Source: Ophelia neglecta (lineage: Eukaryota). From it: a stretch of 64,000 bases of DNA. A program made the translations under genes and the position numbers. The stretch covers positions 64,790,001 to 64,854,000 of the forward strand of contig OZ260662.1 of NCBI GenBank assembly GCA_965285935.1, given 5' to 3'. The first letter of the stretch is position 1. Each line of letters starts with the position of its first letter. The notes beneath the pieces were generated by a model. The model saw nothing but the letters and a program-made list of their open reading frames with translations. It did no database searches and was not told the DNA's origin. This document shows positions 38,701-52,200 of this stretch, one piece after another.

Positions 38701-41700
38701 TCCATGGTCTGCAGTTGCCGTAAAAAAAACACATCAATTTTCCTCTGAAGGCTTGCTGGGAAACCGACATGCTTGAAATAGGTGTACAATTGCCATAAAG
38801 CTCATCACATCTTCTCCCGAAATCGAGCCATCAGATCAAGATTTGTTCTGGCCATTAATGAGCAATAGATATCTTCAGAACCACAATGGACCACACAGAA
38901 GCAGAGGAAACAACTTCTCAGTTATCGTGCTAGCCCGTTACATGAGGTGCGGACTATTGGTGGGCGAATAAAGCTCTTATGGGCATATTATATTCTGTGG
39001 ATAAATGTTTTGTATCAATGTCAAACATAAGTAGGCAGAATATGAAGTCATGTGTAAACCGGTCGACCAGCAGTCTGAAATACACAAAAGATGGATATTT
39101 GAAACAATTTCTGTGATCCGGACAGGGAAGCAAACAATGACAATGTTTTCATATCAATAGCTGTAGGAGTTGAAATTTTCCACTCAACTGATTGACATTA
39201 GTGTTTTCGTGGTGCTCGGGTTAACGTAGGAAATTAGATATAGGTAATAAGCAGAAATAAGCGGGCCCCTTAGTATCCTTATGTTTGACTGAATCCGAGA
39301 TGGAATGTGTACAATGAGCATTCTGTATGAAAGGAACTCTGCGTGATATGCAACACGATTTCTTGCTGCTTTTCAAAGCACCTGACATCTTACAAAGATA
39401 AAAAAGTTGGAGAATTTTGTGGGATTTATCTATCACTGACACGCACACTAATGACCCTGTATAAGTTCGAGAGAAAAGATGCTGAGATATCGCCCATGAT
39501 AGCCATAAAATTGCCTAGTTTCCCCACAAATAACATTTTACCACAAATTAGTAGATGCCAAGATGTCTAGGTAGGTGGGGGATCGGTTTCAGTCCTACTG
39601 CGTGTGCTGGGTGTCTGTGCTTTGTTCGAACCACAGGCTTCTACAAGCCAGACAACCTCATCTACATTATTGGTGAAGCATGGCACAATTGATTTAAAAG
39701 TGAGTGCTTGGCAGCGTTTTTCACCTGAAGATTTCCGCAGTTTTCAATCCGGGGTTGACTACAGCAGTCTCAAATTTAGTCATTGGAATTTATGAAATCT
39801 CCAAATACAACTCCTGATACCACTTGTCCAAGACATAAAGCAAGTACAAAGGCAATCCGTTAGATACTTGTAATTTCACCTGACCGTCCAGTCAAGCATA
39901 TGGAATGCAAGGCCCTTATTCGTGTTTTCGCCTCTGTTCAAGGAGATTCCAGCATGGTCGGATTGCGTTTTTGTTTTCAAATCCCCAAAGAAGTTAATGG
40001 CCTAGCCACTTAAGAGTAAAATAGGAGGGGAGGATACAGCTATTTTCTTTTAATATGAGCCATTGTTGGCTTCAATTGGTCCCCGAATTGTGCCCTTAAC
40101 TTGTGTTAATCTCCAGAACAAAGCTGGCCGGTTCTGGTTCCATATTTATGTATGCCATGTTTGGAAACCCTCGAGGAGTTGGAACTGAACTCCCCGGGGA
40201 TGTTTTATTTTAAGATTTATATTACGGTAGCTAAGCAGGGCAATCATCTCACGATGACTGTGTACATAAAGCTTTTATCCTACCATCGGTAGTGACATCG
40301 CCGCACTTGACCGCTAATTGTCATTAATTATAATTTAGGTCAAAACTTTGAAAATACTTTAACCTGAAGACAATAGCAATTCGACAAACTCGTGCGCAGG
40401 AGTAAGCGCACGCGCAAACAAATCGAGAGTCAACAAGTGTCTTCGTGTGACAGGCATTGCCTAATACGTGTCACTGGTGCTGGGCAAACAAGCCGCAATC
40501 TGGCTGTTTGTTTCCAACGAAAGAAATGTATCTACGCTAAAAGTCTAGCAAAACGGCCAAATGCCAGACGATTTCAATAAAAGGCATGCCCCGAGTCTCC
40601 TCTATTTAACGATAAGTGTATACTCATCTATGTCACAATCTTAGGCCGTTTGCTAAGCCACTAGTCCTGGGCATCCCCCCCTTTGATTGGACATTTAATT
40701 GAACGTTGATTTACATTGTTGTGTTCTAAACACACACACACACAAACACACAAACAAGTTTGGATACTTGACACTTTTTAAAAACCAGAAATGTTCCCTG
40801 TTCTTGCTGTTTAGGCATAATAATTTATGCGGTTGGTTTTGACCAATAATGAATGAAATATTGTAAAGGGCTTAGGAATGCTTTCTTTTCTGTCCCACGA
40901 GTGTATTTAATTACATGTAGCTGCAAAAACAAAAGCATGAAGGCTATTATTGCCCATTGCTAATAATTAGTACCATCCTTTAATTTAAGGCCGTGCGTCA
41001 ATTATGCAAACCGAATGTTCGATTCGAAATTTTAATGTTTGTTTACCACCATCAACTCCGTAAAAATGTACTATTACCGGAAATTGTATATTATTTCAAA
41101 ACTCTTTTGCAGTTACAGCTGGTTAGAATGCTTCTATTTAAATTTCTATTTATCTGGTCAGTGGTTGCTGGAAGCAAAGTAATCAAATTTCATCTTATTG
41201 GTAATATATATGACGAACCAGTTGCTGGTGTAATTTCAAAAAGTAAGACAAGTAGCGGGACAGTGAGTACATGAAATAACGGATCAGGAAGAGCAGGGCT
41301 GCTACTCAAAGTAGGATTTCAAGTGTAAGGATTACTTTTGTTGTATGCTTATTGTATATATACCAGGCTTCTTAATCATTCGTATATAAGTAGTCTTTAC
41401 TATCTCCTAAGATGAAAGAGTATGTTTACAATACAGTTACATATTTAAAAGAAAATAATTTAAAACCCCACTTCCAAGCACATTTTAAAACGTCTATCTA
41501 TCCCCCAGGGAATGTTTCAGATTTTTAAACATGTTATTTGCTTGCACTTTTCATACTATTGTGTCTTGAATCTAAAGCGTGTCAACAAAACACTGGAAGC
41601 CTAGCCTATACTGAACAGTCGCCGTGTGTCAATGCCGCACGGCCCTAACCAAACATCACAGCGATGTGTTTACATCCATTTAGGCCTATAAGATAATTAT

Positions 41701-44700
41701 ATTTAATAGGTGATTGTAAGGGCATTGTAGTATAAGGCGATTTAAATAACATTTTGCTCGATTTGTGGGAAAAATAGATTGATTAACAAATTTATCATTG
41801 GTTCAAAGTAGCTAAAATATAACAGTTGAACCCTTGGCTTTATCCATGTATATACAAAGCGTGTGCTCGAAAAACATTTGACCAGTGCACTACAAATTAA
41901 TGTATCTATAGCTTACAGTACAGCTCTGTAGTGTAGGTCTATTTCACTAGCTTGCATACGTCACGTACGTTACTATGCATACATGTATTTGCAATTTGGC
42001 TAAGGCCTAGTCTATTTAGATAAAACAAATCTAGCACATTTTGGCGTCCAATTTATGCTTTACCGTTTAAGAAAAACAAATTTAAGTAAACTGCATGATT
42101 ATTGGCTAGGCTCTTTACCTCGATCTTGACATTTTCCGCCGAAATATAGAAAATCGATAGTTTTTCGTAATTTATCTAGTTTTATTTTTTACACTAAAAT
42201 AAGTTCAGGGTCATGCACTCAACTTGCTCAATATTTGAACGAGCGATTCACAGGTATAGATACTATAACCAAACATAACAGCACAACTTTGATAAAATAA
42301 TCACTAAGTATGCTTATCACTTAAAACCCTATACACAAATATTTCTATATAAATTAACATGCATGTGCCACTCACATCTTAATTTTAACGTTTTGTTCTG
42401 ATAAACAATTAACCTAGGTGAGTTAAATAAGAGGAAATAGTCCGGATAGGGCGTTGTGTCTCCAGTCAAGAAGGAGTCGGTCTCTTTTTCTTGTGCTTGT
42501 TTTGCCTCGTTCCAGATTGAACTTGGCTTGTGACTAGTCACGTGGCAGCAAGCGACTCCCGCCAAGCTCCTGCCGCTCGGGGTCGTACCGAGCGACTTAG
42601 TCGATAAGATTTACTACACGACATTGGACACGTCGTGTGTGGTAAGTGTTCAATGAAATCAATCGGATCGATCACTGAGCTAACACTACCACATGCAGCG
42701 TTATGACGCATTTATCTGGTGATAAATCTTCATTGTCTGGAGTAAACCACTCTTGAAGCCGAGTTAAAGAACTTGTCGACATGTCTTCTTGTCACCCGGG
42801 GGGAGGCAGTGTGTGTTCATGTTTAATTATTTAGGGTTATTGAATGCTTTACAGCTTTAAAAAGACATGCTTGAGTTCATCTGTTATCAAAATATCCACG
42901 AGTGTGCCATGGAACAGTAACTGATTGTTCAATAAAGTCCATGGCAAGCAACTAGAGGGAAAACCTTAAGGTTTTAAACCAAGCTCTTTTTTTACAGGGT
43001 TGAAAAGGTTACATTCTTACGTAAGTCAGGTGTTCCCTTAAATAAAGACAATTGTACATTAAGCTAGGGCCAACATGGTTTTGATATAAAACTAAGGTTG
43101 CTTACATGTTTTAAAACCTAGTTTCTTAGAATACGCGGTAAGCCTACAGGTCGGCTAATATGCCCAAATGCTGGGCAGGATTCTTGCTTCAAACCTTTTT
43201 GGTGCCATTTTGTTTTGCTGCCTTTATGTTTCTGTCAGAAAAACATCAAGTAAAACTCCACATATGAGATGAACACATCAATTCCGGTCGGTTGATACTT
43301 ATTGTAATGAAATATGTTTTAATGCATTATGCATGTTACTGATTTTTCAAACTTGGTTTTATTTTTTAAACATAGGTGGCCATATACAGTTCTGATTGGC
43401 ACATGGGTTCGATCCACAAATAGTAAAAGGCTACCACAGCTGATTTCCGAAAATGGGGATCAGAAAGGACTTAACTAATTTGGGTATTATGGGCCGGGAG
43501 TTAGATATAATCGTGCCACAAAAGTGTGAGGCACGGGCGTTTCAGGTTCATAGACGGTGCACAAGGTGTGTCGCCTGTTTAAAAGGTAATAATTTCCTTA
43601 CATGTGGCCTTCTCCAGCGTTGTTTTTTAAGCTATATTATGCTTTGATAGATATTGTCAGAAGTTTAAATGCAATACACGAGTATGGGCGTTTCCTTGAT
43701 ATTTGTTTAATATTCTAAGCGAGAGCTTTGAATTTAAAATTCCGCCATTTCTACTGACTCATCTCCGATTTGTCCTTAAGGCACCGCCACGAAATATTGA
43801 AAGGTGCTCGCTTCAGTTTATTTGTTGATAGAAGATTATCTATCAACAGAGGATTGCTCGTGTGGGTCTCATTATATGTCTACTTCAGTTGATAGTCATT
43901 GTCTACCCCCTCGAAGCGCCGAGTGGGGTAATCTACACGGTACTAACAAGCCCATTATTGAAATTTCACGTACCTTAATCCCGTTGAGATTATCGCAAAG
44001 ATATTAGTCAGTGGATTGTAGTAGTCGGTAAGGCACACTAAAATCATTCTTCGATCACTCATTCGTCTTTTTATGACACATCCGTGTCATTTTCTGTGTA
44101 CGTTTCTTAACTTACCTCGGGAAGGGGCAACTACCATGAACCTAATTTAGCCATGATGGCACTTGGACTGATGACAAATAGGTAGCCCTGAGATTGGCAA
44201 TCGCTTCGAAGGTCTAAATATAAACTAAGATTTGCCCAAGTCATTTTATAGCCATAAGTCTGCCTCTGAGTCAATCACAAATAGATCAACGAGATAAAGA
44301 TGACGAACACAGAATTTAACCCGGGATATTCACTTACCCACGAGAAGCACACTCAACTGACAACACCTTTTATATCAGTACAAATATAGAATTTCAAATG
44401 ATGAATAATTAGTTATTGTTTCTTGTTTGAAAAACACTGCTTCGATTGTATCAGAGTGCAATTTAATCAATTTCTTTTGGTTAAATTAGTAACAAACAGC
44501 TGACACATTTCTTTTTATAGCGACACTTGGAGTATATTAATAGTTAATGGTGTTTACACAGGACATACATGCTCTTGCTTGACACCTATTCTATCTATCT
44601 TCTTTGTTTTTATGCTGTATCTAGTCCAAAACTGATCCTACATTTCCATGTTTCATATTTCCCAACATCTGACCACCACATTGATGCACACAGTTGAAGA

Positions 44701-46341
44701 CATGGGTTTTTTATGTCGATGAATGTCAAATTAACACAATATTCAAATACATACTATAATTGTCCATATGAGCTACTTTTTTAATCAAGAATATCTGTGC
44801 AAGAAGCCCAATGAGTAATATTAAATTGTGTACCTCATCTATCGGCATACCATCGGGTTTAGGTATCAGTGTGAATGTCAACGGACATTAATTTGAGTGA
44901 AGTACATAACGCTAAAAATATTACAGCCTTAATTTTCCCAATTTTAGCAATATTTTCAGAGATGTACTTAAAATTTCGACTTCTTAGAAAAGTTGACAGA
45001 TCAGAATTTTGACCCAGAAGTCCACTGGATTACATTTAAGGTCGTCTATTCTTTATTGCTATAGACTTATATTTAAATTCTTTTATATTTAAATCTTCAG
45101 TGATTATAGACCCTCACAGGGTGTAGCCAATAATACATATACCGTTTGCCTGATTGCCTGTCAAACGATCAACATACATCATAAAATAGACATCTGTGAA
45201 ACCATTCGTCTTATAAACAGCCCTAAGCATTGAAGACTTATTACATATTATTGATGTTTTAACATCTTATTTATTTATTCTAAGTGCTTACCAGTAATGC
45301 AAAACTAGTAGATATTTTAGATATCGAGCATACTAGGCGACAGACGAACAACATGTTGATTTTCATTGGAAAGCATGTAAAACTGGAATCCCCCAAAAAA
45401 TTGACTTTAAAACTTCTAGGGAGAGCATGCATCCTACCCTCCCTGACAGCATGTATACTTATCATGTAAAATATAGAGCCTAGTGTATGGCTTACAGTAT
45501 TCGTAGTGTGCAAGAAATTTAGAAAGTTTATTGTATGCAGACAAATTAAGAAGGATATTTGTTTCGTGTGGCTGATCAGATATTAATCGCTTATTGTCAT
45601 TCTTAATTAGGATACCCTTTCACTTGCATGCCAGGCTAATAAAATGAACCAGTATGCACAGGCCTACACTTTTCAGCAAGGCAATTAATTGGTGAAAAAG
45701 ATTTTAAAGAGGGTGCCCTGAATGATGTTTTGAACTATTTGTTTGCATTTCTTATCAAATCTAGGAGATCCAAACAAAGATGGCTAGATAAAAGCAGGTG
45801 ACACCTTCCGAAGACTTAACTTTAATCTGTTAATCGCTCTTTTAAGTGATGCGCTATCGGATTGTGGGAGGACTATGCCTAGAAGACGTGAAATATACCA
45901 GGACATCATCAAAGTAACCGACGACAGTCTTGCAACTAAGTGGCAAAGCTAGAACATGGGTGAAAAGTTTGAACCCGGCGAGGGGTGGAGACAAATAATC
46001 AATGACACAAGCTCTTGCACTCTCTTGTCACATGAAAATCGTGAGAAAAAGAGGAAAACAATGTAGCACGTATCTGGGCGGGAGTACGTGTGGCACAAAC
46101 CGGCTCTTACATAAATAGGACCACAACTCGAAAGTGCCAAGTGTTTGATCCATGTGGTCCTAGGACTATGTAAGCCAGATGTCCATGGACGACATTTCGT
46201 ATACTTGTTACAAAGAGTACTTATATTAAGAAATGTCCGTTTGACGCACATGTTTGTTGTTTTGATTATTGATGAGTTTGACGGGGGTTTCGTCACTAGC
46301 TTAGTCAGAGTAAGGGTCTAAGTGTGGACAACCCATGTAGA

Positions 46342-47119
46342 CGGTATCCGGACATAGGTATCCGGACATATCGGTATCCGGACATATCGGTTTCCGGACA
46401 TATCGGTCCCGGTCTTAAGTTTTCTGAGTCCCCTGAGTGGAAGGTCTCCCGGACTACATTTACCAGCCCTAACCCCAAACCAGGAGTCTCCCGGCCTTGA
46501 GCCATTAGTATTTACAGACTTTCGGTCTATAAATCCTATATTAATAGTATATCAAGGATTCCGTCTGTACAACCTGGTTCATTACGTCCCCGGTCGCAAC
46601 ACACTGGTTTATTACGTTCACAATCTTTTTTCATCCCTGGGGTTGCGTTTTGGGACTTGTCAGCCAGGGAACCTAATAAACTTATACACCGGAAGCAATG
46701 GTCCCAAGTGGAAAAGCGGACATATTTGACCCGTTAGCAAAAAAAAATTATAGGCCTATATAGGCCTATATATAAATATTAAACTTAGAATTGTGTTGTT
46801 GGTTGCAATAAACATCCATACATTAGTCTGGAATCATTTTTACTTGTTTCTCACTTTAATTTTTGCGCCATTGAACAGATGCTATGTTGTGAACACATGG
46901 CAAATGAAGTAATTATGTTGGATTTTGCCTTCTTAGACAAATATAAGTAAAATAGTTCAAGTCAATATTGATAAATGATTAACAATCACATTTAATGTTC
47001 TCATTTCTTTTTAGTTTTACAGCATTTTGATTCGCAGACGGGACGTTTAAGTCCGCTTTCCATTTGGGACTATTTACACCCGGGACCATCATGCACGGGA
47101 CCAATTTGTCCCGGATTTC
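46342..47119. mobile_element. Putative non-autonomous foldback/MITE-like DNA element
   Basis: Left end has about 4 copies of a 16-mer CGGTATCCGGACATAT and then GGTTTCCGGACATATCGGTCCCGG. The right end CGGGACCAATTTGTCCCGGATTTC is an imperfect inverse of it. There is a second internal inverted pair, 46698-46734 versus 47038-47073. No ORF and no clear TSD. Confidence 0.5.
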
Positions 47120-48387
47120 TCATAGACGTGCTAGAACAAAGCAAGTCGATCACAATGTACGTAAATGTGGACTTCTACATCAGACATCATGCACCATGGC
47201 TCGTAAACTTTTAACTATATGGGCAAACATACAGCAACAACCCTCGAGCCATGTACACAAAGTCGAGTGTGGTCGAGGGAGGGCTTGTCGAGAGCCGGAT
47301 CAGATTAGTACCAGGTTACGCTGGTGTTAATCCCTCGCCGTGTGGCATATGGCATAATCAGGTAATCCTTGTAGCTCGGTGGGGGTCTGTGCGGAGGAAT
47401 GTGTAAGAACAACATTGCTGAGATAAGCGTGGTGTGGTTTAGACCGAGGTACTCGACGGCCCTGATACTTCTGATAGCACGATAGACGGTTATCTTGGCC
47501 ACTCGTCGTGTGGGAAAAGCAAACAGGGCGCCGGACGACCGCAAACCGCTAGCCAGATGTATCTTAAACAGCCTGTACCAAGCCTAAAGGCCTACCCCCA
47601 CATCGGCCTCGAGTGGATGTCAACTTCTAGGCCGCTCATATACCGCTACCGCATTTCAGTTAGAGAAGGAAAATAACAAGTTTGCCTTTGTGTTATTGGT
47701 ATTTCCAATATGTAGGCCTACGTTTATTATTGGTTTATTTGTGTGACATTTTAAACTGCTTGCCTCACTTCAAACTGTTGGGAATATTTTTTACTGTTGG
47801 CGGTCTCTCAGCAAAATAATATCCATTCTGCCATGCTATATAATATTATATGAAATTATGAAATTAATATGAAGTTTCAAGTTGTCTTGCCCTAATATAT
47901 CGTCGATCCCAAACCCTTCATCCCACTGACGTAACAATATATATATGTTTTATATAGGTTTTGTTTCTAAAGGCGGAACGGCATTGTCATCATTATACTT
48001 TTATAAGTCTCTAGAGTTCAAAACATGTATTTATACCTCATATTATATTGTTACGATTGATTCTAAACTTATATTATTCCAATAAAGAATTTGTAACGTT
48101 TAATGCAAAGTTTTAATAATTATGTACCATAAGTAGAAATTTGCCGTGAAGTAGGGTATGACTCACCTACAGATAACCTGACTTAATAAGCTGGTTAGGT
48201 TTCACAATATGTTAGTTAGTTAGTCCATAGGACTATATCGTCACTTTGTCGGTTATGTGAATTAATGGTTTATTAATTGGAATCCTTGTCTTAGTTACTT
48301 TAAAAACAAGAGTGGATTGATTCAAGGAAACGTATATATACGGGTATACTTCCTTTTAACTAGTTATTAGATGTAGCATGCGGAACT

Positions 48388-49276
48388 GTAAATGTAGATT
48401 TCTTAGCAGTTAATGTAGATTTCTTAGCAGTAAATGTAGATCTCGCAGCAGTAAATGTAGATTTCTTAGCAGTAAATGTTGATCTCGCAGAAGTAAATGT
48501 TGATCTCGCAGCAGGGGAGTTAGATCTCGCAGCCGTAGAGGTAACTATCGCAGCATCTGGGGAAGATCTCGCAGCTGTGGAGGTAATTCATACAGCAGTA
48601 AAGGTTGATCTTGTAGCAGTAGAGGAAACTCTCCGCGCAGTACAGAGTTCTAGATCTCGCAGAGGTAGAGGTTTATCTCGAAGCAGGAGAGGTAGATAGG
48701 TCTCGCAGCACTAGAGCTAGATAGATCGCGCAGCAGTAGAGCTAGATAGATCTCGCAGCAGTAGAGCTAGATAGATCTCGCAGCAGTAGAGCTAGATAGA
48801 ACTCGCAGCAGTAGAGCTATATAGATCGCGCAGCAGTAGAGCTAGATAGATCTCGCAGCAGTAGAGCTAGATAGATCTCGCAGCAGTAGAGCTAGATACA
48901 TCTCGCAGCAGTAGAGCTAGATAGAACTCGCAGCAGTAGAGCTAGATAGATCTTGCAGCAGTAGAGCTAGATAGATCTCGCAGCAGTTGAGCTAGATAGA
49001 TCTCGCAGCAGTAGAGCTAGATAGATCTCGCAGCAGTAGAGCTAGATAGATCTCGCAGCAGTAGAGCTAGATAGATCTCGCAGCAGTAGAGCTAGATAGA
49101 TCTCGCAGCAGTAGAGCTAGATAGGTCTCGCAGCAGTAGAGCTAGATAGATCTCGCAGCAGTAGAGCTAGATAGATCTCGCAGCAGTAGAGCTAGATAGA
49201 TCTCGCAGCAGTTGAGCTAGATAGATCTCGCAGCGGTAGAGCTAGATAGATCTCGCAGCAGTAGAGGGAGATCTCG
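48388..49276. repeat. Compound minisatellite: diverged 21-bp units followed by 22 near-identical 25-bp units
   Basis: GTAAATGTAGATTTCTTAGCA-type 21-mers from 48388; (GTAGAGCTAGATAGATCTCGCAGCA)x22 at 48711-49260. Confidence 0.97.
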
Positions 49277-52200
49277 TATCCATGGTAGTAAATAGATCGA
49301 TCTCCCAGCCGCAGGCGTATTACATGTATATTCACTGTTAAGTAGTCACCAGACCGAAATGCGTGCCACACACTTTTTTGTGGTTAAAATAATTGATGTA
49401 TGCATAAAGCTATAGGCATCGTTAAATAGTCTTATATAAGGGATACCAGTACAGGCTTATACTAGATTGCTAGAAATGGAATTCGATCTTTTGTCGAGTT
49501 ACAGCCAGCTCATTTTGTGCCGGATGTGATGCCATCCATATAGGTCAGACCGGTGTTTGAAGAAATCGAACAAAGGTCACTCGACGTATTACAGACAAAG
49601 CGTAAGATTGCCAGACATTTCTCAATATTTCTTTATAATGAAAATGTCATGCCCCATAACAGGTAGTGTTGAAGAAAAGGTAGTTAGGTCTTTATTTTAA
49701 AATGCACCTAAGAAATGTCAGACCTCCAGTGCTTGCCTCCCCAAGAAGGATGACTACGACATAATTGGTTTGCTCTTGGCACGCACTCGACTTTTTAAAA
49801 TCATCCTTTTCCTATATAGGCCTATTTATATAATTGGGCTTAGGTTGCAAGTGTACGGGATCAATTTTATTTTTGAAAAGATCTGACAAGATGTTTATTT
49901 AACTCGTCAAGCGATTGTAATGCAGTTTTTTGTTGTATAATTCTACATCTTACCAATAACCTATTTTTACAATTGGGTAACATTTCTATGTGAACTGAAC
50001 TCTAGTATAGGCCGTAGGCCTATGAACGATAAATATAATTTGTTTACGGTAAGTATAGTACGAGAAGGTAGATATCATAGCATTGTCCGTGACATCAACC
50101 CCGTGGACATATCAACGGAATCAGGAGAGACACCCCAAATAACCGGAACGTAACAGATAGCTTTCGCTGTAACTGTATCAGTTTATTGTTGGACTGTCTG
50201 GGAAAATATCGGGTTAATACCTGACATCGTGTTGCTGTGGTTATCTTTCGTCTTGCATTCAAGTCCCGGGACAGTCTCGGAATCAAATTGGAGTGTTTTA
50301 TATCCTTGAAGTTTATCAACCGCTTTTATTTTCCCCCAACTCCCTGACAACCTATAATTATGAACTCTAGTATGTGGCAGATAAGAAGCTCTCCACGCTA
50401 CGATATCTCGTGATATCTCGTGCGTTTGTCTTTTATATTGGCCAGCAGTCTTACGTAGCAATTTAGTATAGGATGGCTGTGGGTTTCAGTATCATATAAT
50501 TTCCAACTCGCGTAATGAATAGTCTTTACCGATTAAATTCGATTTTCTTTTTGTATGTAGCGGTGATAAGAATGTGTCACTGAGAAAGATGGTGACGCCT
50601 CAATGTCAGTCTTCCTATGACATTGTGCCACCTCGCCACCAAGCGTCACATTTGTCACCACAGATCCCAATAGCATTGTTTATCATATCAATCCAGTTTG
50701 ATCACTAGAGTTAGCTCATTCCATCCAAGTTTATCTGAAGAGCTGATTGCTAAACAGGAATCAACCATTTTATTATGGATTCAAGTGAGCTGAAGGTCAT
50801 GGTTCACTTAGCCACGCTCCCTCTCCATCAATCACGCTATGTATGAATCAAACAACTAATTCCTCGGCATATATTTTTATCCTCATCTAGCTAATTATAA
50901 CGCGGTTTCCGCTATAATTCATTTCTAAGCACTACTCAGTTAGCAAGGTTAAATAGACTGATAAGATTTCATAACAATTATCTTTGTTGATTGATCTGGA
51001 CGGAACGGCTTGGCTGGGGAGTTTTTACAGATCAAGTTACAGAAAAAGTTTGACGTTTTTAATAAAAACCTACAGAACGAGCATTTATAAAAAATCGACC
51101 GCATGGCAACATATATATCATTTACGCAAATAATATATAATGATTGACACGAAACAAAAGAAACGATGTGCCAGTTTATTAAACAGTGACATGTTGTGGG
51201 GTGTCACCTGTCTAAAACACAGACTCTTTGAATGACAGTTTTACTAAATGTCTGGTGTCATCGGTGTAGGTGAACCAGTTTACAGGCGTTCAGACGAACT
51301 GATTGTCCGATTTCTCTGTTAACAAAGAATTGACAGGCTGATTACAATTTTAGGTAATCAAGACTATGGATATTACATGTATAATGGAACTAACAGCATT
51401 TGAGTTAAGACACTGCATATCATATCACTTTATAGAATGAATGATGAATTATACCAGTGTTTTTACATGAAAATGATTTAGTAATTGTACTTAGATGTAT
51501 GTGTGTGTATAAATGTGTGTGCTTTTCTTAATTGCATTATCCCTATAAAAATTGTTAACTCTGGAATAATGAGGTGAAATGTAAAATCTGGTCATCGACA
51601 TTCAAGAGAACACAGGCGCATTATATGAAAAGAATGGGTATTCGAGGTTACTGACCCTCCCCCCCCCCCACCCCACCCTCCGCCACACACACACGGGTCA
51701 TTTTTCTTGCCCCCTCAGAAAATTGAAACAAAAGTCACGTTGAAAAGGAGAGCATATGCAAATAGTCTTATAGATTGCTTCCACCAGTGTCGAGGAGATA
51801 CCAGGAACGTGAAAAGGAAATGTACCATCTTTGGGGTCAGGGCACACCTGTAGGGGAGATTGTAGCCATTAAGTGATATCAAACGTGCTGAAAAGCCTGG
51901 GAAAGCAGGCGACTTGGTCGTAAAGTGTCCGTCTCTAGCAACCGTATCTCTTTATTTCCCCCTGCAGAGCTGAATTCCTATCTTCACGTGGCTTTGGTAT
52001 CTCGAGACGACTTAACACGTTTCCAGGTGTATTGTTAAAATCATACTGACTTTCCGGTGGAGAAACTTGTCCAGTGTTACCTCCACTGCATCAAGGGGTC
52101 TTACAGTATGATGTCTTGGGACAAGGCCTGGGGGCTGGGCCTATAATCCCTGTCAAGAAAGTCTCCCCCACGACGGTACCTCACTCCAGAGTTTTTACCC

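Noticed and set aside
43370-43420. B-box-like GGTTCGATCC (also GGGTTCGAG near 12972) suggesting tRNA or SINE heads
   Set aside because: No cloverleaf and no convincing A box at proper spacing
47160-47545. GC-richer stretch with several 60-90 aa open frames
   Set aside because: No recognisable domain or consistent splice-site pair; cannot be supported as an exon
48388-49276. CRISPR-like or coding-repeat interpretation of the 21/25-bp array
   Set aside because: Head-to-tail units with no unique spacers, eukaryotic context, no cas genes; the 25-bp unit breaks any frame
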